Below are positions 1 through 8,255 of a DNA stretch of 47,772 bases, piece by piece. This DNA is from a virus. Its lineage: Duplodnaviria; Caudoviricetes. Position 1 is the stretch's first letter. Each line of letters begins with the position of its first letter. The position numbers were made by a program, and so were the translations under genes. The notes beneath the pieces are model-generated. The model searched no databases. It was not told the DNA's origin and was given only the letters and a program-made list of their open reading frames with translations. The stretch is taken from positions 1-47,772 of the IMG/VR virus record IMGVR_UViG_3300030397_000065; one strand, given 5' to 3'.

Positions 1-17
1 GTTTCCCAGTCACGATC
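1..17 (+). other. Random-amplification primer tag (GTTTCCCAGTCACGATC), library artefact
   Basis: Matches the Round A/B (SISPA-type) primer tag; exact reverse complement at 47756-47772. Confidence 0.9.
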
Positions 18-257
18 GGAGAGGGTGGGTGGGTCACCCTAGTGAGCCCCCGAATAGAGTATAAGTCCCTATGAAAATAACCAGAAAGGGGATAAAACAT
101 AGAGAAATAGCAAAAAGAGGCCCAAAATGGCTGGAAATGAGCGACAGCGAAGTCGGCTCGTCAGAGACGTTACGGCCCTTGCAGGGCCTACTACGTGGAA
201 ATACAGAGTAGTTTACAGGGATATTACAGGAAATACGTATTAATTAGTTAAAGTTAT

Positions 258-286
258 GTCAGAAGTGCCCTTCCCACGAGTCTATA
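258..286 (+). promoter_or_regulatory. Putative phage-sigma late promoter GTCAGAA-N15-GTCTATA
   Basis: Same bipartite motif at 33764-33792(-) and 36760-36789(-); lies upstream of the entire late arm. Confidence 0.7.
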
Positions 287-365
287 TAGTATATATCTAT
301 TACTCTTAGAGTTATTAATGTTCAAGAAATAGGATGCTAGAGAAAGGGTAGATTAGATTAAGGCA

Positions 366-602
366 ACTAAGAGTGACTATCTCTTAGTAAGGACAGCAGA
401 GCGCGCCCCGCTGGGGACCTCTATCTTCGACCGGTAGCTCCGGTGACGGGCCTAACTAAGCCCTCGGGCACGTACGTATCATCACACCCGTTATACGTGC
501 TACGAGACTGCCGCACAGGGTAAGATTGTGAAGGTAGCCCACTTCAAGGGGAGTACTCTTAGGTAAACTATCGGCCATTCGGCCACCGAGAGAGGCTCGT
601 GG
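366..602 (+). ncRNA. Candidate structured late-leader RNA (run of hairpins)
   Basis: About 8 consecutive inverted repeats, e.g. ACTAAGAG/CTCTTAGT 366-388, ACCGG/CCGGT 430-444, GCACGTA/TACGTGC 468-500, in a non-coding stretch. Confidence 0.35.
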
Positions 603-646
603 TGCCCCCTTCCATGGGTCTCTTTCACCTATTTACGGGAATCCCC

Positions 647-796
647 ATGTCTAAGAACCAGAATTTCACTGGAAAGCAAGAAAATAACTCAAATACGTCA
701 TTTAAGGGCAAAAAGCCCTCAGATCGGCCTGTTGGTGGCTATGGAAAGGCCTTTGACAAGCAATCAGAGCAGAATTCGCGTCCTACGGGCAAATAA
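647..796 (+). CDS. Small basic N/Q/G/K-rich protein (49 aa), paralog of 1127-1282
   Basis: MSKNQNFTGKQ...; stop overlaps terS ATG (TAATG); ATG 647 chosen over upstream GTG 599 because it aligns with the paralog. Confidence 0.7.
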   Translation: MSKNQNFTGKQENNSNTSFKGKKPSDRPVGGYGKAFDKQSEQNSRPTGK

Positions 797-1146
797 TGGC
801 TAAAGAAGGCAAGCTCCAACGTACTGCGACGGGGCAATACATCGAAGGCGTGTCCGGGAACCCCGCAGGTAGGCCAAAAGGGTCTAAAAACCGGATCACC
901 ATCCTCAAGATGGCTACTGAGGAGGCATGGCGAGACCGTAACCAAGCACGGCTAGATATGGTGCTGGATATGATCCTCCAAGACGCCCTAGATGGCGATA
1001 AAGGGGCAAGAAAGATGATCTTTGACGCGGTCGTCTCTAAGGCAAATGTCCAAGAAGATAAATCTGCTGGACATAAACAACAGATTACGGTCCATCGTAT
1101 GACCGTTAACAAAGAGGATAAGAAAGATGAGTCAGAACCAGAATAA
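796..1146 (+). CDS. terS: Terminase small subunit (DUF5681-like N-terminus)
   Basis: GQYIEGVSGNPAGRPKGSKN motif typical of phage TerS; first substantial late gene. Confidence 0.75.
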   Translation: MAKEGKLQRTATGQYIEGVSGNPAGRPKGSKNRITILKMATEEAWRDRNQARLDMVLDMILQDALDGDKGARKMIFDAVVSKANVQEDKSAGHKQQITVHRMTVNKEDKKDESEPE

Positions 1147-1282
1147 CACTGGTAAGCAAGGCGGAGCTCCGGCTCTCCCAAACAACTTTTCGGCAAAAAA
1201 GCCGCCCAACGACTCTGCGCCCGGTGGCATCAACGGCAAGGTAGACTCTCACAATCGTGGGAAAGACGGCACACAGAAGTAA
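1127..1282 (+). CDS. Small N/G/K/P-rich protein (51 aa), paralog of 647-796; not in the ORF track
   Basis: Hand translation MSQNQNNTGKQGGAPALPNNFSAKKPPNDSAPGGINGKVDSHNRGKDGTQK*; GAGG upstream; stop abuts next GTG at 1283. Confidence 0.7.
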   Translation: MSQNQNNTGKQGGAPALPNNFSAKKPPNDSAPGGINGKVDSHNRGKDGTQK

Positions 1283-2104
1283 GTGAATGTCTTCGTGGCT
1301 CTCCGTGAGCCCGGAAATCGTACAAATGAGCGTTCTTTGGCCCTCTCAGAGGCCCTACAAGACACCTGTAAGGTGACCCTTGGGCTTCGGTCAGAAGACA
1401 CTAGAAAGTACGATCTCGTGGTCCAGACGGGCTTTGCGTCCACTTTAGCCCTCAATTCGGCCATAGATCACGGAATACCCTATATCATCATGGAGGCCCC
1501 CCTTTACCGGGAGGGCATTGACATCATGGAGGTGTCTTCGTGGGGATATAATGGTTTAGCGGGAGGGGCATGGAGGCCCGATCCCCCTGAGCAAGAGAGA
1601 CCCAAGCCCACCCTAAAGCCTATGAAGACTGAAGGGGATACTCTCATTATCGGGCAGAAGCCCACCGACCACTCTTTAAGGGGATCAGATCATGTACGAT
1701 GGCTTTTGGACAAATTTAGGGAGCACTGGGATGCACGTTTTAGACCACATCCGCTCATGGTTCCCTCGGGCAGCCTACCACCTCTTATGGATGATCTGCA
1801 AGGGTGTAGACAAGTTATCACGTATACTTCGACAGTGGGAGCAGATGCTCTGGTCGAAGGTTGCATCTCAAATCCAGAAGGATACGGGAGTTCGGCCTAT
1901 CAAGTTAGAGACCGAGAGATGTGGATACACGGTCTATCATGGGCCCAAGCAGAACACCGATCATTTGGAGAGCTTAGAGAATATATCTTGGGCGGATACG
2001 AGCAAGGTAGAGTTAGGGCCCACAAAGGCCTACAAGAGCGACCAAGAGAGCGTATAGATGGCGCAGCTATTCAACAACGATACAATCGGCTCATCGTACG
2101 CTGA
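1283..2104 (+). CDS. Putative glycosyltransferase (GT-B, capsule-biosynthesis KpsC/KpsS-like)
   Basis: IIGQKPTDHSL, RFRPHP and VITYTSTVGADALVEG motifs resemble capsular polysaccharide GT C-terminal domains. Confidence 0.65.
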   Translation: MNVFVALREPGNRTNERSLALSEALQDTCKVTLGLRSEDTRKYDLVVQTGFASTLALNSAIDHGIPYIIMEAPLYREGIDIMEVSSWGYNGLAGGAWRPDPPEQERPKPTLKPMKTEGDTLIIGQKPTDHSLRGSDHVRWLLDKFREHWDARFRPHPLMVPSGSLPPLMDDLQGCRQVITYTSTVGADALVEGCISNPEGYGSSAYQVRDREMWIHGLSWAQAEHRSFGELREYILGGYEQGRVRAHKGLQERPRERIDGAAIQQRYNRLIVR

Positions 2105-2633
2105 GCAGCTCACCAAAGAGCACGCTGGAACTAATTGGGGCTCTACGGGGTTTAGATACTCTGGAAGAGCAATAGCCGAAGTAGTTGACGCTAGGTCCTA
2201 CTTACGGACTGCGCTCGATTACGGCTGCGGTAAGGGCACTATAGCCCAGAATTTCCCCCACCTAGCCTTCACCCAGTACGATCCGGGCATTCCGTCCCTC
2301 AGCAAGAAGCCCAAGGGCAGATATGACCTAGTGGTCTGTACGGATGTCATGGAGCATGTAGAGCCCCATCTAGTGGCTCATGTGGTCAAGGAACTCGGAG
2401 AATACACCGATAAGGTCCTGTTTGTGGACATCGCGTGTTATCTGACGGGCAAAGTCTTCGCAGACGGTCCATACAAGGATAGAGACCTCCACTTAGTTGT
2501 AAAAGACCCCGAATGGTGGAAACAGCTATTTGATAGAGAAGTAGGTCTTAAATTCTTGGAATCCCGCGTCATTGAGAAGGTCTCTAAGGGTAAGATCAAG
2601 AAACGCATCCAAATGATTTACGAGCGTTCTTAA
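2058..2633 (+). CDS. Class I SAM-dependent methyltransferase
   Basis: LDYGCGKG motif I; YDLVVCTDVMEHVEP. Confidence 0.85.
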   Translation: MAQLFNNDTIGSSYAEQLTKEHAGTNWGSTGFRYSGRAIAEVVDARSYLRTALDYGCGKGTIAQNFPHLAFTQYDPGIPSLSKKPKGRYDLVVCTDVMEHVEPHLVAHVVKELGEYTDKVLFVDIACYLTGKVFADGPYKDRDLHLVVKDPEWWKQLFDREVGLKFLESRVIEKVSKGKIKKRIQMIYERS

Positions 2634-4147
2634 TGACCAAATTATACGAATATACCGCCACGGGCAGATACTATAAGGTATATGTCGATGGTGAGTATAT
2701 ATCCCAGCACTCTGACGAGCGAGAAGCCATAGAAGCTGCTAACGTACAGAAGTTCATCCACTATGATTCTGACGTTTACTATATACATGAATATGAGGTC
2801 GATGTGGCGCTAACAGACGCAGGTATAACTGAAGCTCAGGAATACGAGGCGCAGGTAGATCAGCCGCCCACGATAAACTCGACGCCCAGCCCTTCGTTTA
2901 CCGAAGGGGTCGCTGACACCTACGACATGACGCAGCATGTGTCGGACGATGGATTGAGTGCGGTCACATACTCGCTATCCAATACACTGCCAAACGGTCT
3001 CAGCTTTAACGGGTCCACAGGCATATTGACCTATGACGGCGTGGCGTCGGCATCGGTGTCCTCGCACGCATTGACCGCAACGGATGCGGTTGGTAACGAT
3101 ACCAGCGCATCGTTTAATATAGATATAGTAGATGCTAGTGCATTTACTCCTCAATCTGGTTTTACACTAAGCGGTACTGTAGTAGCCGGTAATTCAACCA
3201 CACTAACGGACTCAAGTTCCCGCTTCGGCACCAAAAACACCCAAGCACCACACCTTTATGACTTGATTGATCTGGGAACGTGGGTTGACGGTTCATTGGT
3301 GACAAGCCCCTATACCGGACTAAATGCCGGGGATGATGTACCCGTACAGGCGGCAAGCGATCCGAACGCAATCTACTGGAATAAGATAGGTGCGGTCATG
3401 AAGGATGACGGACCATCTGTAGGTCATGATCTATGGTTTGGTGGCAATAACGGCGCTAATGACGCGCTTGTTACTACATCAACTGGATCGGTTTTCGAGC
3501 CTGCAAATAGTTTCGACAGACAGCACTATGTATCCTGGCAGTGGCGCTCTGATTTCTCACCCGGTACATCTGGGAAGGGTACTAGCTCAAAATTCTTACG
3601 GGTGTGGGACACCTCATCAGGGCCATCAGATACGTTCCAGTTAAGCTGGACGCGAATGCACCTGACCGAGTCGCATTTTGTACCTTATCCATCATCGCCA
3701 AACACTGATATAACGACCGACGAGTGGGTTCATTTTGAGTACGAAATGAATTATGACACTGTGGCCAATGGCGGGTTTCTGAACGCGAGGGCCGAGAACA
3801 ATCTAATACACGGCAACTTTACGACACTCTATGATGCGGGCTGGAACGGTTCAATGTTTGTGAAGCTGTTCGGCTGGGACCCTTCCAGCTCAACCAATGT
3901 CACCGGCACAGAGGATATTAATTTCTCTGACTTCTATATTGATAATTCATTAGCAAGAATCGTGATTACGGATAACGCCACATATGCATCAAGCGTCATG
4001 AAGGTTCCACAAATGCACACGTCATGGGCAGCGGGTGAGATCATTATCGAGTATTTATATGCAGGGCCGCTCCTCACATTGGCTGGTAATCACCTACACG
4101 TTGTCAAAGAAGATTTGACTACAATTTACATTGGACAGTTTAACTAA
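2633..4147 (+). CDS. Virion accessory protein with Ig-like (He_PIG/cadherin-like) and lectin/lyase-like beta-sandwich domains
   Basis: VTYSLSNTLPNGLSFNGSTGIL Ig-like motif; WVHFEYE and YIDNSLARI in the C-terminal jelly-roll-like part; T/S/D-rich. Confidence 0.55.
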   Translation: MTKLYEYTATGRYYKVYVDGEYISQHSDEREAIEAANVQKFIHYDSDVYYIHEYEVDVALTDAGITEAQEYEAQVDQPPTINSTPSPSFTEGVADTYDMTQHVSDDGLSAVTYSLSNTLPNGLSFNGSTGILTYDGVASASVSSHALTATDAVGNDTSASFNIDIVDASAFTPQSGFTLSGTVVAGNSTTLTDSSSRFGTKNTQAPHLYDLIDLGTWVDGSLVTSPYTGLNAGDDVPVQAASDPNAIYWNKIGAVMKDDGPSVGHDLWFGGNNGANDALVTTSTGSVFEPANSFDRQHYVSWQWRSDFSPGTSGKGTSSKFLRVWDTSSGPSDTFQLSWTRMHLTESHFVPYPSSPNTDITTDEWVHFEYEMNYDTVANGGFLNARAENNLIHGNFTTLYDAGWNGSMFVKLFGWDPSSSTNVTGTEDINFSDFYIDNSLARIVITDNATYASSVMKVPQMHTSWAAGEIIIEYLYAGPLLTLAGNHLHVVKEDLTTIYIGQFN

Positions 4148-4863
4148 TGGCATTTCCAACCGTTGAATCAATAACCGAGACCGCATTTAGCTCTGCGGCT
4201 ACGGCGCATGATGTTGATATGCCAGCCACGGTAACGGCTGATGATTTGTTATTGGTATTTTTTGCTAACAACAATAACACGGCGGTTACAACCCCGTCAG
4301 GGTGGACTCTTTTGCAGGGTGGTAATCAGTCTTTTGTAAATGGCAACGCTTACGCCAAAAAAGCTGATGGCACCGAAGGTGGGGGTACTGTTGATTTTGT
4401 TACCGCTTCATCAGAGGCGGGCACTGCACAATGTTACAGAATAACGTCGTGGGGTGGAACGCTTGCTGACGATGTAGATGTAAATGTAATTTACACGGCA
4501 TCATCCGGAACCTCCCACGAAAACCCAAACACAACAACGGCAGGATGGGGATCTGACGATAATCTGTTTATAGGATGGATTGCGTCTGGCGATGATGATG
4601 TCGCAGTAACAGGGACCCCCACAAACTACACCAACATGACAGATACGCCATGCGGTGCCGGAGCCAATCTTTCAGGTAGGATCGCCACTTGCCGACGCGA
4701 GCTGGCATCAGCGTCAGACCAGATGGGTGCTTGGACCCTTGCATCCGGTGAGGCGGCTATTGTTGGTTTGGTTGTTGTCGAGCCGGGGTCGGCTGGTGGC
4801 GGTCCTGCTGGCGGTTCGGTCCCAGTATTTGTACATCACTTAAAACAAATGGCAGGTAATTAA
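4147..4863 (+). CDS. Putative structural/decoration protein (beta-rich)
   Basis: Translationally coupled; T/A/G/S-rich; DDLLLVFF and TTPSGWTLL motifs seen in phage fibre/decoration proteins. Confidence 0.5.
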   Translation: MAFPTVESITETAFSSAATAHDVDMPATVTADDLLLVFFANNNNTAVTTPSGWTLLQGGNQSFVNGNAYAKKADGTEGGGTVDFVTASSEAGTAQCYRITSWGGTLADDVDVNVIYTASSGTSHENPNTTTAGWGSDDNLFIGWIASGDDDVAVTGTPTNYTNMTDTPCGAGANLSGRIATCRRELASASDQMGAWTLASGEAAIVGLVVVEPGSAGGGPAGGSVPVFVHHLKQMAGN

Positions 4864-6213
4864 ATGTTAGTTCTTAAACAATCAACATCTGTTGATATTC
4901 GTATGGGGCCATTTGTAGACGCTACAGATGGCGTTACTCCCGAGACCGGAGTTACACTAGGAGCAGCAGACCAAGCTGAAGTACTCAAAGCTGATGGAGC
5001 AGCTACAGTAGCAATGGGAGGTACCTTCGCCGCTGTTACAGGGGCTGACGGTTGGTATGACTATACCGTTGCCACGGGCGACGTTGATACTGTAGGCGAT
5101 GTAACCTTTATTGTCCAAGATGCTAGTGTGTGTTTGCCTGTTATGGTACGGGCTCAGGTAGTAGAAGAGGCGGTCTATGAGACCTTATTTGCAGCTTCTG
5201 CTGACCTTGAGAGCAAGCTGGATACCATTGACTCAAATGTCGATGCTATCTTGGTTGATACGGGAACAACTCTAGACACTAAGCTAGACGATATTATGGG
5301 TGCTACCTTTAGCTCCGCGACGGACTCTCTAGAGGCCATCCGAGACCGAGGAGATAGCGCATGGACTGGATCGGCCACCACGTCTGACTCAGGCACAGCA
5401 CAGGCTGGCTCTACTTCTACCATCACCCTGCAATCAGGAGCTTCTTCTACCGATGACTTGTACAACGGTCAGGTAGTATATATCAGCTCTGGTACAGGTG
5501 CAGGTCAGTCTAGGGCTATTGGAGATTACGTAGGCTCCACCAAGGTTGCTACAGTTATCACGAACTGGGCAGTGTCTCCCGACAATACCTCGGTTTACGA
5601 GATATACCCAGACGAGATTACCGAGATTACAGCCGCTCCAACGGTCGCTCAGATCGCTGATGGAGTATGGGACGAAGCCACGGCAGGGCACACCAACGCA
5701 GGTAGCTTCGGTGAGCAGGTCAAAAATGATATCGATGCTATCCTAGCGGATACGGCGGTACTTGGCTCTCCCGCAGGTGCTGATATTGCGGCTGATATAG
5801 CAGCCATCAAAGCAGAGACGGCTAGTATCTTGACGGATACGGCTGAGATTGGCTCGGCAGGCGCAGGACTCACGGCTCTGGCCTCCCAATCCAGTGTTAA
5901 TACCATTGATTCTAACGTAGATGCTATCTTGGTTGACACGGGAACTACGCTTCCGGCGCAGATCGGAACTCCGGTCGGTGCGGATATCTCTGCCGACATC
6001 GCTGCGGTTAAGGCGGAGACGGCTAATATCCTTACGGATACCGGAACCACTCTCCCGGCTACTCTGACGACCATTGACTCTGTTGTTGACGCGATTAAGG
6101 TGCAAACTGATAAGTTTGTCTTTACGGTCGCCAACCAAGTTGATGCGAATATTCAGAGTATCAATGATGTGACAATTACCGGAGACGGTGGCGGAACGCC
6201 GTTTGATGTCTAA
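4864..6213 (+). CDS. Putative structural fibre protein with internal repeats
   Basis: N-terminus MLVLKQST..GPFVDATDGVTPETG; repeats TIDSNVDAILVDTGTTL x2 and GADIxADIAAxKAETAxILTDT x2. Confidence 0.55.
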   Translation: MLVLKQSTSVDIRMGPFVDATDGVTPETGVTLGAADQAEVLKADGAATVAMGGTFAAVTGADGWYDYTVATGDVDTVGDVTFIVQDASVCLPVMVRAQVVEEAVYETLFAASADLESKLDTIDSNVDAILVDTGTTLDTKLDDIMGATFSSATDSLEAIRDRGDSAWTGSATTSDSGTAQAGSTSTITLQSGASSTDDLYNGQVVYISSGTGAGQSRAIGDYVGSTKVATVITNWAVSPDNTSVYEIYPDEITEITAAPTVAQIADGVWDEATAGHTNAGSFGEQVKNDIDAILADTAVLGSPAGADIAADIAAIKAETASILTDTAEIGSAGAGLTALASQSSVNTIDSNVDAILVDTGTTLPAQIGTPVGADISADIAAVKAETANILTDTGTTLPATLTTIDSVVDAIKVQTDKFVFTVANQVDANIQSINDVTITGDGGGTPFDV

Positions 6214-6419
6214 TGAGTCTTAGCGTCACAGGAGTCTGGGCTGTAGGTGTATGGGACCAAACGGTCTGGGCTGACGGTGTGTGGCGTGAGGGTGAGTATA
6301 CTCCAGAGGAACAAACTTGGGGCGAGGGCAACTTCGCCACCGAGATTGAGTGGCTCCAGTGGAGAAAGAAGCGTAGGATGCAGAAAAGGCTCAGGAATGG
6401 AAGGACCCGTACAGGTTAG
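6213..6419 (+). CDS. Small Trp-repeat protein
   Basis: GVWAVGVWDQTVWADGVW 5-residue periodicity; coupled to upstream stop (TAATG). Confidence 0.6.
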   Translation: MSLSVTGVWAVGVWDQTVWADGVWREGEYTPEEQTWGEGNFATEIEWLQWRKKRRMQKRLRNGRTRTG

Positions 6420-6951
6420 ATATGTTCCTAACTTCCCTATTGATTGTATCAGGGGTCGTCTTATCCGTAATCCCAATTATGGCGGTCCTAGTCTCTCTTA
6501 TAGAGGGTGGACATGGCGACCAGAAATCTCTAAAGCAGCTAAACCCGGATTCCACGAAGCCCTCGCTAGAAGCATTGCTTCAGAAGGAGTTCGGAACCCG
6601 GTGCTCTTGTGGAGCTTTCCCGAAGGAGTGTATCTTACATTCGGCGGCTCACGAGTACGTGCGGCTAAAGAAGCAGGACTCGAAACCATACCAGCTATTG
6701 TCAATGATGCCGGAGAAGACTTCCTCGGAAATGAACTGGTTACGCCTGACAATTGGCGAACATACTTCAAGGACGTCCCCCGCTCAGCAGAGTTCACCGA
6801 AGACGGATTCGATTACCATTACAACCTCGAACGAGCAAGACGAGTCAATCACGATAAGGCTGGATTCGCATGGCTCGATGGAGATGAGCCGGATTGGATA
6901 GCTAAGGAGTTCCCATGGATATCTACCTCCACGCCGGACAATCAGAAATAG
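6397..6951 (+). CDS. ParB/Srx-like N-terminal domain protein
   Basis: LARSIASEGVRNPVLL...GGSRVRAAKEAGLETIPAIV; start at ATG 6397 preferred. Confidence 0.7.
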   Translation: MEGPVQVRYVPNFPIDCIRGRLIRNPNYGGPSLSYRGWTWRPEISKAAKPGFHEALARSIASEGVRNPVLLWSFPEGVYLTFGGSRVRAAKEAGLETIPAIVNDAGEDFLGNELVTPDNWRTYFKDVPRSAEFTEDGFDYHYNLERARRVNHDKAGFAWLDGDEPDWIAKEFPWISTSTPDNQK

Positions 6952-8255
6952 ATGCAGACGACCACCGCTTTCAGGTATGTGCGGCTGGTCGGCGCTTTGG
7001 CAAGAGCTTCTACGCGGCCTATAGACTCTATGAGGCTGCCAGCCACCGGACTAAAGTAAGGACCGACGGACAAGAGATCGACCTGACCTCTGAAGTAGTC
7101 TACTACGTAGGACCTACCTTTAAACAGGCTAGAGAGAACCTATGGGAAGTGATGATGGACATGGGGCAGGGCCTCATTGCCGGTGTCCGACAAAACGAAG
7201 GGGAAATCAAGCTCACGAATGGACGTCTGATTCGCTTCAAGGGAGCGGACGACCCGGACTCCCTCCGAGGAGTCGGCCTACACTTTGTCGTCATGGACGA
7301 ATATGCGTTCATGAAGCCATCCGTCTGGGAATACGTTATTCGCCCTGCATTGGCGAAGGCTGAGGGAGGAGCACTATTCATAGGTACCCCCGATGGCAAG
7401 AACCACTTCTACGATATGTGGATGTCCGCGATGGAGGGCCTAGACCCAAAGTCTGGGAAACCGACCGAAGACTGGAAGGCGTTTCAGTTCAAGTCCTCAG
7501 TCAACAGCCACATTACCGCTACGGAGATAGAAGCACTCGTAGATGGACTAGGCGAGGATGCACGTAAACAGGAGCTAGAGGCCTCCTTCGAGGCTACCGG
7601 TGGTAAAGTATTTAACTATGAAATGTTCCCGGTGGTCAAGAATACAGCGCACGGTAGCTACGTCATTGCTGTTGACCTCGCAGGGTTCTCAAACGCCGAA
7701 GGTAAGAACAGAGCCAAAACTATACTTGACGACCACGCCATCGCGGTGGCAAAGATTCATGAGAAAGGCTGGCACATCGAACGTATATACCACGGACAGT
7801 GGGACGTCAGAGAGACCGCCCTCAGAATAATTAAGGTCTGGAGAGACTATGGCATGTGCCCTGTAGGCATTGAGAAGGGCATGGCAAAGAATGCAATATG
7901 CGGTGATGATGGTAAGGGCGGATACCTCGGAGAACTCATGCACAAGTACGGTTACTTCGACGTCGCGGGTCTGACCCACGGCAACCAGAAGAAAGAAGAT
8001 CGCATCAAGTGGGCCCTCCAAGGACGGGCAGAGAAAGGGCAGATTACACTTGAGCCTGACGACCACCTGCCCGCAGAAGATAAATGGGTATATAAGTTCC
8101 TCGGCCAAGCCGTAGACTTTCCTAACCCCCTAGCGCATGATGATTTGCTGGACGCTGCGGCGTATATTGACCAGCTAGCAGACACAGCATTTTCGTGGGG
8201 AGCCATCACCTTATTTGATGACTGGCGACCACATGATGACGAGGTAGCATTTTAA
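6915..8255 (+). CDS. terL: Terminase large subunit
   Basis: Walker A AGRRFGKS, Walker B FVVMDEYA, GTPDGKNHFYD, nuclease VIAVDLAG and HDDLLDA. Confidence 0.95.
   Translation: MDIYLHAGQSEIDADDHRFQVCAAGRRFGKSFYAAYRLYEAASHRTKVRTDGQEIDLTSEVVYYVGPTFKQARENLWEVMMDMGQGLIAGVRQNEGEIKLTNGRLIRFKGADDPDSLRGVGLHFVVMDEYAFMKPSVWEYVIRPALAKAEGGALFIGTPDGKNHFYDMWMSAMEGLDPKSGKPTEDWKAFQFKSSVNSHITATEIEALVDGLGEDARKQELEASFEATGGKVFNYEMFPVVKNTAHGSYVIAVDLAGFSNAEGKNRAKTILDDHAIAVAKIHEKGWHIERIYHGQWDVRETALRIIKVWRDYGMCPVGIEKGMAKNAICGDDGKGGYLGELMHKYGYFDVAGLTHGNQKKEDRIKWALQGRAEKGQITLEPDDHLPAEDKWVYKFLGQAVDFPNPLAHDDLLDAAAYIDQLADTAFSWGAITLFDDWRPHDDEVAF

Noticed and set aside
1-17. 17-bp terminal inverted repeat with 47756-47772, suggesting protein-primed or transposon ends
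   Set aside because: It is the GTTTCCCAGTCACGATC amplification primer tag; the phage has a terminase and family A polymerase; true termini cannot be determined
18-33. G-quadruplex-like GGAGAGGGTGGGTGGG
   Set aside because: Only three G3 tracts, and it overlaps the random-primed bases next to the primer tag
6422-6901. 159-aa alternative-frame ORF with a hydrophobic N-terminus nested in the ParB-like gene
   Set aside because: The ParB frame carries the recognisable motifs; no lipobox and not in the lysis cassette
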